Position numbers and translations under genes: made by a program. Below the pieces are notes generated by a model. That model ran no database searches and had not been told where the DNA came from. It was given only the letters and a program-made list of their open reading frames with translations. Source: Epiperipatus broadwayi (lineage: Eukaryota; Animalia; Onychophora). Taken from it: a DNA stretch of 64,000 nucleotides. The DNA is taken from positions 744,001 through 808,000 of the forward strand of contig JAQFVV010000009.1 in the NCBI GenBank assembly GCA_028023455.1. Direction: 5' to 3'. Within the stretch, counting starts at the first letter, position 1. Every line of letters begins with the position of its first letter. This document shows positions 1 through 12,575 of this stretch, one piece after another.

Positions 1-87
1 CAACCTATTTATTCACAAAATGGCTTTGAATATGAGGATCCCGACTTTCAAAAGCGCTTAGCCACATACTTAGATACATATATTTAG
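1..87 (+). CDS. Probable 3' end of the terminal coding exon of an upstream host gene (QPIYSQNGFEYEDPDFQKRLATYLDTYI*); product not identified
   Basis: Frame 1 is open for 28 codons to TAG at 85-87, with protein-like composition and higher GC than the AT-rich, 3'UTR-like sequence that follows. The start lies outside the window. Confidence 0.45.
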   Translation, partial: QPIYSQNGFEYEDPDFQKRLATYLDTYI

Positions 88-3044
88 TTTATATCAATCT
101 ACAGTATTTAAGATTTTTTTGTCTTCAACTTTGTGTGCTCATGTGTTTTAGCACATTTTATATATTTATACATTGGAATAATTAGCCACAAAGTCTAAAC
201 GTTTTGCTCATTAATGCCTTCCATTTTTTTTAATTGTATTATTGAAGTTTGATCATTTTTTTCAATCATTCCATTTACCTTTTTATTATAGAGTTTTTTT
301 TTTTTACATGATCAATGTTTCTGTCATTCAGTTTCAAATATTTCAGCCATAAAAACAATTCTACTCCATAACTAGGTTCTTTGAATTTCTGTTGTATGTA
401 AATATCTGATCAAAGAGTTTTTTTCAGTGGTTGATGTGTTTGCCACTAAGAAGCATTCTATATACTATGAATAAACATTAGCAGGAAAAGCAGTTAATTT
501 GTTCTAGAATCATTGAGCATGATATACATATATGCAATTCCAAAGTTCTGATGGCTAAGGTCAATGTTTGAAATTTTATGTAAAGATTAATGAGTATTTA
601 TAATACATTAAAATGTGCTACAGAATATCTATGATTCTAAGTCATGAGATATTGTTAGGGACCATAGATATCTTCTGAAAAAACCATAAAACAGAATACA
701 TGGTTAATGTTTCTATCCATTTACATAACATCTTTTGGCTTGTCTTAGAATTGTCATGTCATCATGATATACTATGGTAAAGGTTTCATGATATACCCAG
801 AGCTTTTGGTACTTCATTAGATCATTAACCAGCCATTCTTCAGTCCATTTTTTGAAGATTTGATAATCACTATTCTTCTGCTTTGCTGATAATTAATTTA
901 GAAAGCATTTTTAAAAACTTATGTTATTTTGGATCAGAAATGTTATGTTTAATTGGTATTCAGGATAAATCAACAACATTCCTATCTTTTCATGTTTATA
1001 ATAAATTGTTGTATGCATCTAACTCATAATTGTGTAGAAAGTAGGAGCTATCAATTTAAATTTTTTACTATATAGATACTGGTGATTTTTTTATGCACCA
1101 GTCATTACTATTATGGATTTCTTATCCACTTGATGAAATCTTATTCTATGTTTTGATGAGATGTATTTAGATAAGTAGTAGGACTTTGTAAATGATTTGA
1201 GTGCTCCTATGTCATATGTGATTCATTATGTTTTAAAATAATATCATTTAAATAATGTGTGAATAGCTGATCATGATGGCAATCTTTTGCTGCTTCAAAA
1301 GCTGCACATATTTGTCTTTTCTAGGTATTTTATATATATATAGTAAAGCTTATAGTACTTGAATTCCATTAGCCTTATTTTTGAGGAATGACTAAAGAAG
1401 ATGTCTTGTAGTTTCTTTTACATTTTTAAATACCAATGTCTTACATACTGCTTCTGCTTTAGCATTTAGTCTCACTCTATCTTTTATAAAGTGTTCAAAC
1501 AATTTTTTTTATAAATTCAGTCTTTATATTAACAAGTACGATACATATTTAAAAAAAATGGACCAACTTCTATCACTCTTGGTAGGATTTTCATTTGGCA
1601 ATGGAAAATATTTGATGATATAATTATATCTTATATCTAAAATAAACCTATGTTAATGATTAGTGTATTCCAGCTAATTTCTTTTTAAGTGAAATGTAAT
1701 AATAAAAGTTGAGAGAAAATCTAATTTATTGTAATGGGTACTGTGATGATGTGATGCCCTGTGACTTCACCTTATATGGAGTCAGGAATCTCTCAGCAAC
1801 TATGCCCAGAAAAACCTGTTAGCCACTTTAACTTCCCTTTCCATTCCCTACCCTAAGTTTTCCCATATCCTGTTCCATTCCATTTCCACAACATTATCTT
1901 TGTCAACTCCATGGCCTTTATATCTAAATCCCCCTTATCTTTTCCCAAACTCAGCATAAAAAACAATAACCCACTTTCTGTATAATTGCTTTGTTTATAT
2001 TTATTCTTCCACAACTTCATTATTTGTACCCTTTCTGCTTTCATGCATTTATATTCATTTAAAAGATGCTTAATATTTTCTATGCCTTCCTCACACAACT
2101 TACAGACTAAATCACCCACATTTTTTTCATTTATGTGTATATTCCTTTGTTTCTAAAAATCCTGTTCGAACCTTAAACAGTAAACTATTTTTTTTGCTAT
2201 AATCATAAATTAACTCTCACCCAATATTCTGTTTACTTTTATATACAGTATATTTAAACTCTTTTTACTCTCTATACTAGTTCTCTATCTCTCCAACTCC
2301 CTAGTCTTTATTAATGCATCTATTCTTCTATTCCATTCCTTAATACTATAACATTCAACAATTCTCCTAACACAATCATCCCATCTTTTGTATAAGTATA
2401 CTGACATAAATTCTTTATCCAAATCTTCGGCATATCACATTACCTTTCTCACCCATCTTGTTGTCTGCCCTTTATTCATAACCCAATCAAATACTATTTT
2501 GGCTATTCTTTTATTATCCATAAACTGCAATCTACTGAACATTTTCATTTTGCTTTTTGCATCTCATATAAAAACTTGGCCATCCCATTTCACCTTGAAT
2601 TGCCTCCTTTGCCATCCACACATCTACATTTAATGCATGTCTTTTTACTTCTCTTTGTACTTTTTCTAAGTAATCTAATACCCCTTTACTAACATATAAT
2701 GCATCATTACCATATGTCAACCCTGCTACTACCACTCCCATACAATTGTAGCTACATCATACTTATTATATGAGAACACTTAATTTCTTTATCAATCCCT
2801 TTTTTTTCTTTGCTTCATTTATCAATTTTTTCTCCCATTCATCCAAATAATGTCTTTGATTACTTAAGATGATTCCCAAATAGTTATATTTATTCATCAC
2901 ACTTATATTTATTCATCACACTTAACTTTATATCCTCCAATAAAAATTCTCTGCCTTTTATTTCCCCAGTACTAAGCATCATTACTTTTGATTTTTATTC
3001 ACTAAATTTAATCTCCATCTCTTTACCAACCCTTGCACATGTCC

Positions 3045-3806
3045 TCAGCATAACTTCCCTTCTTTCTCATACAAAATGACATCATTCACAAATAAAAGAT
3101 CTGATAATGTATATACTCCCTTGCCACCTATTAATGGTATCACTATCCCTCTTCCTAGTCTTTCTATTGCACTCTCCATTTCTCTCAAATACAACAAAAA
3201 CAAAATAGGTGACATAGGGCATTCTTGCCTTAGTCCCACCCCATTTTCAACTTTAACTGATTTTATATTCCCTAATTGATAGCTATAGTAATTAATTTTA
3301 TAGAATTTCTTAATAATATCCACTAAAGCTCCAGCCATTCCCAAATTTACTAAACTTGACCATAATCTTTTTCCATTTACTATATCATATGCCTTCTCTA
3401 TATCTATAAAACACATATATAATTGCCTACCCGTATTCCTACTCATATCCAAATGTTGTGTAACTACAAATAAACTATCTCCTATACACCTATCTGATCG
3501 AAAACCATCTTGCATTTCTCCCATTATATTATTTTCTTCCATCCATTTTACAACCCTTTCAGTCACCATGTATGAGAAAACTTTATATAGCATTGACATT
3601 AGTGCTATCAGTCTATAATTGTTTAACTTCCTGTGATCCTTATTCTTTTCTTTAAATAGTAGCCTTACTCTTGTATTACTCCAATTACCTGAAAAATCTC
3701 TCTTCTGTGCCATCTTATTAAACAATTTTAATTTTGCCCTATGTTCTAAATTCATTACCATCTTTGCTGCCCATCTATCCAAACCTCTTCCCTTTCCACT
3801 TTTCAA
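3045..3806 (-). pseudogene. Reverse transcriptase domain of the LINE (disrupted)
   Basis: The ORF track peptide carries RT motifs (NYRLIALMS..KVF, QDGFR, DIEKAYD, GLRQECPMSP, FVND in place of YADD). Confidence 0.9.
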
Positions 3807-4521
3807 TATCTTACCTATCTTATTTAGTTCACTTTCTATAAACCTAATATTCCCATTACTATGTGCTCTTTTCTATATCCATTACATATTTATTTAAGAT
3901 TATCTCTTATTCTTCTATAGAGCTGCACTCTAAAACCTCATCATCTAGTAATACTATTCCTATCTCCCCTACATTCCTTCTTTTAATGTATTTCCAAAAT
4001 TTTTTACTCCCATCTCTTCCACTTTTATTAATATTCTTCAACAATTTACTATTCAATTTTATTCTCTCTATATAATTATATATTTTAGCCATCTTTTTTC
4101 TATACTTTTCCCATTTAGCATTAACATCTTTTTCACTTTCTTTGTTTTTAATAGCACACTTATATTCTCTGCATGCCTTTTTCATCTCTTTTACATTTTT
4201 ACTAACTCTCACTTTCCTATTGCTTTTATTCTTATGAATATTCTCACCTAAAACCTTATTTTCCACTCTTTCTAATTCACCACACCAGTCCTTATACTCA
4301 TTCCCAACCAACTCTTCCATGGTTTCTTCAACTTTTATTTTATAGTCTTCTAACTTATTATTATCATTCACTCTCCATCCACATCTTTCACTATACTTTC
4401 TACTTTTATTATCATTTTCCATCACATTACTAACCATTTCTATTATAAAGAAGTTATGATCACTATTATATACTCCCTTTTCATTATCAAATACATTAAT
4501 TCTCCATACTTTATTCATTCC

Positions 4522-5125
4522 CTATTTCTCTACTAATACATAATCTATTGTGTGGAAAATATTATTTCTAGCCCATGTGTATTGTTTCTCATAAATATTT
4601 GATAAATTTCCAATGTTCAAATTCATTCTCTGGCAAAAATTCTTCAAAAGCTGTCCATTCTTATTACCTACATCATCAATTTCTTCAATAAGCCTATTCG
4701 TATCCCCTATAACCATTATTCTCTTCCCCTTTTCTTTGAAACTGTGTGTATCCTTAACTAGGCATTTATATATGCTACTGTTCCACTCCATTATAGTTTG
4801 ACTATCTCCAGTGGCTATATACATTATAGCCACTATCCATTCTTGTCTTCCTAACCGTATCTCAAATCACAAATGTTCTTGACATTTAACAATATTTAAA
4901 TATTTTTGGACATAATTTCTACACCACCACCCCTTTTTTCTTTTTTATTTATACCCTGCCATATCGTGTCTTCCAGTATAGGTTCTTCTTCTTCTCTTAG
5001 ATGTTTTTCCACTATTGCTAGTACCTCAAGGTCTTCATTTTTAACTGCTTCATTTAATTCCAGTTACTTTTCTGATCTCCTACCACAATGCCTATTCACA
5101 TATCCAATTTTAACATTTCTTCTTT
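4522..5125 (-). pseudogene. APE-type endonuclease domain of the LINE (disrupted)
   Basis: APE motifs N..G, E.H, GGGV, GD.N, NG..L..FC, TW, IDYVLV read on the - strand. Confidence 0.85.
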
Positions 5126-6089
5126 TCTAATTATTTTTATTTTAAAAATATATTTATTGACATAATAAAATTTGTACAGATGAATACTAAATACACTTTA
5201 CTAATGTTGGCTTAAATCTATTGCTGGTATTGGCTTCTTCCACCAAGGCTGAATAATTACTCTTTTATAAATATTTGTTGAATATAAGCAGAGGATGTCA
5301 TGTGTTGCTTTGTTGGTATGTACAATTCTAACCAAATGATAAATAATATTCTGTATTTTCAGATTTGCACATACAATTTTCAATATCTACTTTTAAAAAG
5401 TTAAACATCTTTATAAAAGGTATATTGGTACATAAAGTCAGATCATTAGACCCATTGACTCAATTACAAAGATAAAAAACATTAACTCATTTATTAAAGA
5501 TGTATTGCAATTTTACTCTTCATGATGCCAATAACAATTCATATAATCACATAGATAGCTCTAACCACATTGTCATATTTCAGGATTGACCCTTAAACAT
5601 TATATATTTTTTTAAAAATCTAAGTATATACCAAACAGTAATGAGACATATGGAATAACTCTGCTAGATACAAATGCTTTAGAAAGGCATATATATTTTT
5701 TAAGAGTAATGGTATATGAGGAGTACCATTAAGAATGCTATAAAACGTAATAATGAAAATAAATTATTACAGTTGTCAAAAACTATATGCCATTGAAATT
5801 GATAAATAAATAATGAAGTCGGACTAGTGCAACTTGGCAATTATTTTATATACAATAAAATTAGCTCAAATAAGAGCACAACCATTGATAACATGATGTG
5901 CCTTTTTTGTTAAAGTGAAATTAATTGTTTAAGGAAGGTCTACTAAAAATGATTGTTTTTTTTATTTTCAAGCAATATTGTTCATAAATCATAAACTGAA
6001 GTGCTTATTTTTTTTAGACATGAAATGTCTGTTGATATATTGGGTACTCAAAAATACATTGAGTACAGCAGATTTAAAGTAGGCAAAAA

Positions 6090-6270
6090 CTCTCCATATG
6101 TATTTCCACTCAATGCAAGCCAGAGTAATCAATGGATGCCAAATCCCCATATAGTGCCTACTCATCCAATATCCCCAGACTAGTTTCTGGCTTGTGGCCT
6201 TCATCACTTCTGTTTTAATAACAGTTATAAGCAAGCATAAGAAATGGTGATCATGTAATGTTTATTGGCA
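6090..6270 (+). repeat. Dispersed repeat family A, copy 1
   Basis: Shares GCAAGCCAGAGTAATCAATGGATGC...GTGCCTACTCATCCAATATCCCCAGA..TTTCT.GCTTGTGGC with copies at 6632-6830 (-), 11290-11375 and 11772-11972. Confidence 0.75.
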
Positions 6271-6631
6271 GATTTAACGTACACATAAACACTGTAGAAG
6301 ACTTATATAATGTAATATTGTTTTTAATCTTGGACAATATGGAATAATGTGTGGATAAATTTTATGAATTGAGATGTCATTTCGGATAAATTTCAATTCA
6401 CTTGAAACTTGTTTTGACTGTGAACTTATAAAAAGACAAGTTTAGAATAAATTAAGCAAGACCAATATTACAGGAAAAAGAACACATAAAACATTGATTG
6501 GTGACCCATAATTAAATATTGACAAGACCTCCCACCCAGTAATTAAAGATCAACGACCACCAAAAAGTATTCCAATAGAAAGGTAAAATGAAAAAAGTAG
6601 TATTAATATTAAAAGAACATATGCTGCGGGA

Positions 6632-6830
6632 GTGAAGCATTAGATCCTAAGATCTAGATGCAGTGCTCTCAGATCCAAGGCTCCTCACTGATTTTTGCCA
6701 CAAGCTAGAAATTAATCTGGGGATATTGGATGAGTAGGTATTAGATAAGGGTTTATATACAAATCTTTCTGCATCCATTGATTATTCTGGCTTGCACTGA
6801 ATGGCACTACTGTATGAAGAGTTTTACCTC
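6632..6830 (-). repeat. Dispersed repeat family A, copy 2 (inverted relative to copy 1)
   Basis: Its reverse complement aligns to 11772-11972 over ~200 bp, including the TAGTGCCATTCAGT and ATCTTAGGATCTAATG blocks. Confidence 0.75.
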
Positions 6831-7109
6831 TATGTAAGAACAGGTTTGGTTTGTAAGAATGAAGTTGAGGCATTTGTCAGTTAACTAAATAAATATTTAT
6901 GTCTATGAATAAAATGTGATGGCAGGTACATACAATTGGAAAAATAATGTTGCTGAAGAGATGATTGCTATCAAAACAAAAAAAAAAAATTAAAGTTGGG
7001 TTAACATAAGTTTAACATGGTCTTGGTAAAAATAAAAAAGAATAAAGTAAAAAAAGACTTTTGAAAAGACTGAATATGAGACGAAAGCAGATCAACAAAG
7101 AATGTACGA

Positions 7110-7430
7110 TCTAGAGCCATTTACTATAAACTTGAGTAAACAATGGGCATAAGATTGACATAAAATATCCCTCTCTAAATTGACTTTTGTCTTCATCAGG
7201 GAAATCTAGGATTCACAACTAGAACTAACGCACACGTACTTAGTAGTCATATTTTATCTCTTTACCTTATTTAAGTTAATATGAAATATATAGCAATCCA
7301 AGTAAAGTAACCTGGATTTAAAATCTTATGACTTTTTTTTTAAATTTCAAAACTGGTTTGAAATTGAGGATTTTATAACACTATAGCATCTGCCTATTAA
7401 TTACTCAAGCTTACAATAGATGGCTCTAGA
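7110..7430. mobile_element. MITE, family B: ~40-bp terminal inverted repeats ending in TCTAGA
   Basis: TCTAGAGCCATTTACTATAAACTTGAGTAAACAATGGGCA (7110-7149) is the imperfect reverse complement of TGCCTATTAATTACTCAAGCTTACAATAGATGGCTCTAGA (7391-7430). No coding capacity. Confidence 0.75.
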
Positions 7431-8319
7431 GTAGAATGAATATAACTGCTATTGGAAGTATATGAGAAAACATAGAGGAGATCATGTGATATTATTATTG
7501 GCAATTTGTAAGAAAAAAAATTTTTGAAATTTTTTCAAATCACAAGCAGGTATAGAATTCCCCCCCCCAGTCCATTGATAGTTCATTGCCAATTAAGCAT
7601 GCTATTTTTAATACTATAGCTAGAGAATAAAAAATCCAACATTAATCTGGCTTATTCAAATGATTACTAATGCACAGATTGCAAAAACAAAAAATAGTAC
7701 AATGTGGCTTTCATCTGCGAGGAGTAATTGCCTTACTTGTGCTAAGTTAATTTTATTAAGGAGACAATTTGTATAAGATATATATATATGTCAGAATATT
7801 TAAATTTATATTTATTTTAAAGTAAATTCATAATACCTACTTATCCGGATCTATAAACATTAATACTAATTTATAGAGTATCCCATTATAGCTTGTTTTT
7901 TGGCAAAAATATTTTTTAATTTTCAATCTCTGGTTAAATTAGCATTCATACACTGTTGGTAGATTTTGTCATTATTTATTATATATACTCCTATGCATAG
8001 AGTATATAAAAGTGTGCGCTATGTTTTTGCTTTGTTTTTTTCTGCTTGAAAACTGATTTTTAATATCTGACCAAAAATATTTAAATAGATCAAGTGATTT
8101 TTCGTATTATGGTAAATAAGTTTTTATTAGGACTGTACAGTTGCATTATAAACTTTAACAATTACAGTATTTTTTCCCTATATACACAGAATAATAAATG
8201 GAGGCAAAATTGAATTTTCTTAGCAACGATGAAAACTATAAAAACATTAACTTAAAATGAAACTATAAAAAAAAAGTTTTTGTTATTTAACTTTAGAATG
8301 TTCCAATAACGCGTGTTAC

Positions 8320-8430
8320 TTAATGCATTACTACATTTCGAATGGTCGTAAATGAAATGGCAAAGATTCCTTACGAGTCTCTTAGTTTTCGTTACCATAG
8401 CAACAAGCAAAAGCCCAGCGACGTAAATAT
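8320..8430 (+). promoter_or_regulatory. CpG-retaining promoter region upstream of the MGC... exon
   Basis: Local cluster of CpGs (AACGCGTG, TTCGAATGGTCGTA, TTACGAG, TTCGTT, AGCGACGTA) in an otherwise CpG-depleted window, ~130-240 bp upstream of ATG 8564. Confidence 0.6.
8391..8404. promoter_or_regulatory. RFX X-box (GTTACCATAGCAAC)
   Basis: Near-palindromic match to the RFX consensus GTNRCCN0-3RGYAAC, ~160 bp upstream of the start codon, inside the CpG cluster. Confidence 0.7.
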
Positions 8431-8563
8431 TTATTGGTTCTTGGGTCAAAAAGTTGATTTTAAGTTTTGTAGACAACTACATGATTAAATAAAAAAAGTT
8501 TCATGTATGTTTTTATAAAACTTTAGAACTTTTATTATTTTGAATATAATATGTTAAATAATA

Positions 8564-8744
8564 ATGGGTTGTACGCCAAGCACTCTGAGGCCAAAATGCA
8601 ATTCAGTGACAGAAGATAATCTTCCTTCTAATCAAGTTCAAATCAGTTGTGGAAATCAAAAAATTATTGTTAGTCCCCCACCAGAAGATGGAATAGAAAA
8701 TTTATCAAAATGTGAAGATGTTGAAACCATCCCGGATACAAATA
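8564..8744 (+). CDS. First coding exon (60 codons + 1 nt) of a host gene with an N-terminal MGC lipidation motif; resembles the N-terminus of arthropod cAMP phosphodiesterase 8 (not proven)
   Basis: ATG GGT TGT ACG CCA AGC ACT CTG (MGCTPSTL...DTN) ends at a GTAAGA donor (8745, phase 1). The ORF-track extension beyond it is AT-rich intron. The PDE8 resemblance rests on recalled MGC(A/S)PS N-termini only; no REC, PAS or PDEase exon was found. Confidence 0.7.
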
Positions 8745-10210
8745 GTAAGATATATATATTTGTTATATATGTACCGTTTTATTTATAAATTTGTTTTATT
8801 ATCTGTATAGCAAAAATTAATTAAAAACTTTACATATCAAATATGTAAGATCTATTATTATCATAAACGATATTCTGATTATTGATATACATTTGTTTGA
8901 GATGGGTAATTAAACAAAATGATCTGCTACAACTGCCATTATATTAAATTGATTTCAGTTAAAAGCTTGTTTCTTAAATATATTCAACTCAAAATCTGAA
9001 ATATATAGTATGAATTTTTTTTAAAACGTGAAAATTGCTTTTACAAACTAATATATGAAGTATATAGCACCAAATTTTCAGTAAGAAAATTTCTCCCTAT
9101 TACTGAAGATATCAAGTATCCGGATTCAAAGTGACTGAAATACTTAATATGATTACTGAGTGCTACCTTACTTTTTAAACACTATATTAGTATATTTTAT
9201 TTAATTTAATATTAACCATAGTATATAGCTTCTATAACAAGAGATTCTACAATTTATTATTATTTATTTTTTAAAGTAATCTTAATTTCTAATCTTTATT
9301 CTTATTTATTTATTATACAAAATTTCAACAGGACATGGTTTCTTTTGTAGATATATATTTTGATTCTCCCATTGTTTGTCTGTGATTTTTACAGTTTACC
9401 TTGAACTAAAACCTGCATGAGAAATTTAGTCTTATATTTATGAAACAGATAAGCACATTGGTTGGACATATCCTTGAATCTATTGATATCTAATTATTTT
9501 GGGGGGAAATCAAATATATCTAGATAACTATGGTAAAAGAGATTTGTCTAATACCTTTCAGAAAGTCTAACATTTGTGCTATAATTCTATTATTAATGAA
9601 ATACTTGTAGTTGAGCTTCCTTAAAAAAAGATCTTGATTTGGAATGATAGTTAAGTAACAAATACCCCTAAAGAAAAGTTTAATTTGACATTAGAAAATT
9701 TGATAGAAACACTTTTTTTATAGTAGAGACAAATTTTTCAGCAGTAGAATATTAAAGTGTTAAGAAAATCACTATTAGATTGTTTAAAGTGTTTTTGAAC
9801 TTTTGTGTATAAAAAGCTTTATTGTTGTAGTAAAACTTAAAACAATATATTGTAATAATATATAAATTTAATGGATAAGATTAATTACCACAGATAATGA
9901 ATAAAAGCATTTTTATCACTCAATCATGATACCTTTTGACATATGTATTTTTAGAAGTAGCAATCTATTTTCTCAGCACAATTATCACATATATAAACAA
10001 ATTCAACTACAAAATAATGAACAATAATTGAATATATTTATCAACAATTCTGACCTAATATCCCACATTAAAGCATCATTTGCATCAGTTTTACCAACCA
10101 TTTTTCACATTAATACTTTAAACTCTTAAAATGGTTAAGTTATATTAAATTCAAGATTTGTTTAAACAATTATTGACATAAAATTGAAATAGAGTGATTC
10201 TACAATTCTA

Positions 10211-10402
10211 TGATAGAGCTATCTATTGCAAGCTTGAGTAATCAAAGAAACCAGATATTATTTCAAACCAAATTCCTAAAACTGTGTAGTTATGACATTA
10301 AATCAACATCTATATGTTTTAATAAATTTTGCAAAAGAGAGTCATTTGATACTACAATATACCATCCAATAATTATTTATGCTTACAATAGATGGCTTTA
10401 GA
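10211..10402. mobile_element. MITE, family B, shorter copy
   Basis: TAGAGCTATCTATTGCAAGCTTGAGTAATCAA at the left and GCTTACAATAGATGGCTTTAGA at the right match the 7110-7430 TIRs. Confidence 0.65.
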
Positions 10403-11289
10403 ATAAAGTCATAGAGTGAGTTACAATCTTGCTGACAAAAATACATGGGTTTTTTTTATTTATACTATCTTTTTTCCCCAAAAGATCAAAAGTTCCTACA
10501 GTTAGCACATAGCTGAGGTTACTGAAATATTTAAATTCTGACCCAATGACAGATACACATACAAGTTAGTTTGTCTGGAAAATCTCAGGGGTTTGAAATT
10601 AATTCATTATCTTAATGTACTATGAGAGAAATAAAAGTTATCACTGGATGTGTTTGCACAATCCAATGCTACTTACTGTTGATGGTGTCACTAAGCATCG
10701 ATGTCTATTGGTAAATCATGAATACAATATATAACTGCCTAACAAAGCAATAAAGAACTCTTAGTGCAAATATTAAATGTAAAGTGGTAGAGAGTTGTAA
10801 TTTTTTTGGTATATATAAAGTTTATGCTTCCATCAAATCTATTTTTATATTTATTAATTTCATTTATTCTTTTATAAAACACAAAATCTAACTAATAATA
10901 TTATAAAGACATTTGAATGCTGGTATGGAATAATTATTTTAACTAAAGCCAAATACACAAATAGTGCTGGGTAATTATAAAAATACAATGGTAAAATCAC
11001 AAGATCAGTCAATATGTTCTTAACATGCTGGCAGTGATATCATAGAGTCCATTATTATAAAAGCACATCTTAGCACACATATCAAATGAATGAAAGATAT
11101 AAGAGTTTCTAAAAAATATTTACTTGAGTATGGCTTTTATGGGAGAAACAGATTTTGTTTAAGATATGGATGAGAATAGAATATAGTGAATAGATATAAT
11201 TAGACACAGTATTTAAATCTTTTAAAAAAAGAGTTTTCTTCAGATGTTAAAAGATGGCTTTCCAAAACATTAAACAAACAATCAGGCAA

Positions 11290-11375
11290 AATTCACTATA
11301 TGTACTTCCACACACAGCAAGCTAGAGTAATCAATGGATGCCAGAAGGTTTGTGCATGGTGATCATGTGATGTTT
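11290..11375 (+). repeat. Dispersed repeat family A, copy 3 (partial)
   Basis: GCAAGCTAGAGTAATCAATGGATGCCAGAAGG...ATGGTGATCATGTGATGTTTAT matches copy 1 segments. Confidence 0.65.
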
Positions 11376-11771
11376 ATATTTATAATCTATGGATTAATTT
11401 GTATAGTAATAATATAACTCATTCCTAATACATATTTTTGGCCTTCCTATTTTTCTCATGGAATTGAAATGGTCATACTTGTTTTGCGAATGGTAATCGT
11501 TATTGATAATAATGCCAATGGTATATTATATCAGTAAAGCAATTCCTTATTTTTAAAATTATCTAGTTAAATAAAACTTTTGTAGAAAACTAATAATTAT
11601 TTTTGTTGTATTACATATTAAGATTTAAAAGCTAAGTATTTGGCAAAATTATATAAAAATAAAGTTAATAATTTGCCTTGCATATGTGCACTTGCCAATG
11701 TGTAGATTGTTTGAGTGTATTGCATACTCACAATACTAGAATATCAAAACAGGGAAATAAACATACAGTAC

Positions 11772-11972
11772 CAAAATCTCTATACAATAGTGCCATTCAG
11801 TACAAGCCTTAGTAATCAATGGATGCAAGAAAGTTTGTGCATAAAATTGCTATCTAGTGCCTACTTATACAATATCTCCAGAGTAGTTTCTAGCTTGTGG
11901 CTTCTATCAATGAGAAGCCTTGAATCTGAAAGCACTGCACCTAAATCTTAGGATCTAATGAAATCCTCCAGA
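11772..11972 (+). repeat. Dispersed repeat family A, copy 4
   Basis: Colinear with the reverse complement of 6632-6830. Confidence 0.75.
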
Positions 11973-12499
11973 ATCCATGTTTTATCTATTTGGTTAACTA
12001 TAAAATTATGAGCCAAAGATGAAAATACCTTTTCAATCCAAGTCATTTGTGGGTGTCGTCACATAGATATGATCCCAGTTCAGTAGCAGTATATTTTGAT
12101 TTTTTTTGTTTTTTAAAAACCATAATCACCATCATTCTATGGGCAGCTTGTGTATGCATAGGAAATGGTGTTCATGTGAAAATAAATATAGCTAAATATA
12201 GTTGAAATAAGTGAGTTTGGATAATAGTTAGAGGTGTATGCCACTACATTATTTTTCTAAGTTTAATTGCTAATGTTCAAATTGAATTAGGTTAATTCTG
12301 GATTTTGATGTTTTGTATAGTACTACTTCAGGCTTTATATTATATAGATTTAACGACATATTATAATTATTTATTTAGAAAGATATTTTCAGACAATAAA
12401 ATGTTCATAAATGACAATTATCACAGGGATGAATAGTAAGTTTCCATAAAGGCATATAGCTTTATTATTTAGGAGTTCTTAAGAAATTCAAGAGCCAGG

Positions 12500-12575
12500 C
12501 CTATAAGAGGCATAATTAATTTTTCAACTTCCTGAACCTAAGTCTGATTCTCTATCAACTGCACCAAACCACCCA
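12500..12575 (-). mobile_element. Possible old tRNA-derived SINE head
   Basis: The - strand reads GGTGCAGTTGATAGAGAATCAGACT, resembling the TAGCTCAGT.GGTAGAGCATCAGACT of tRNA-Lys-type heads. No clear B box or TSD. Confidence 0.3.

Larger units (their letters stand above)
1742..5130 (-). mobile_element. Decayed non-LTR retrotransposon (LINE): complete ORF2 region with APE endonuclease, RT and C-terminal Cys/His finger
   Basis: The - strand reads KIGYVN..LAIVEKHL..GGGV (~4900-5125), then GDTN/NKNGQLLKNFC/TW/IDYVLV (4522-4833), both APE. RT motifs NYRLIALMS, MQDGFR, FIDIEKAYD, GLRQECPMSP, LLFVND follow (3045-3806), then CKLCEEGIENIKH (1853-2119). The 3' end has a CATCA-like tail near 1742-1757. 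Many stops and frameshifts. Confidence 0.9.
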
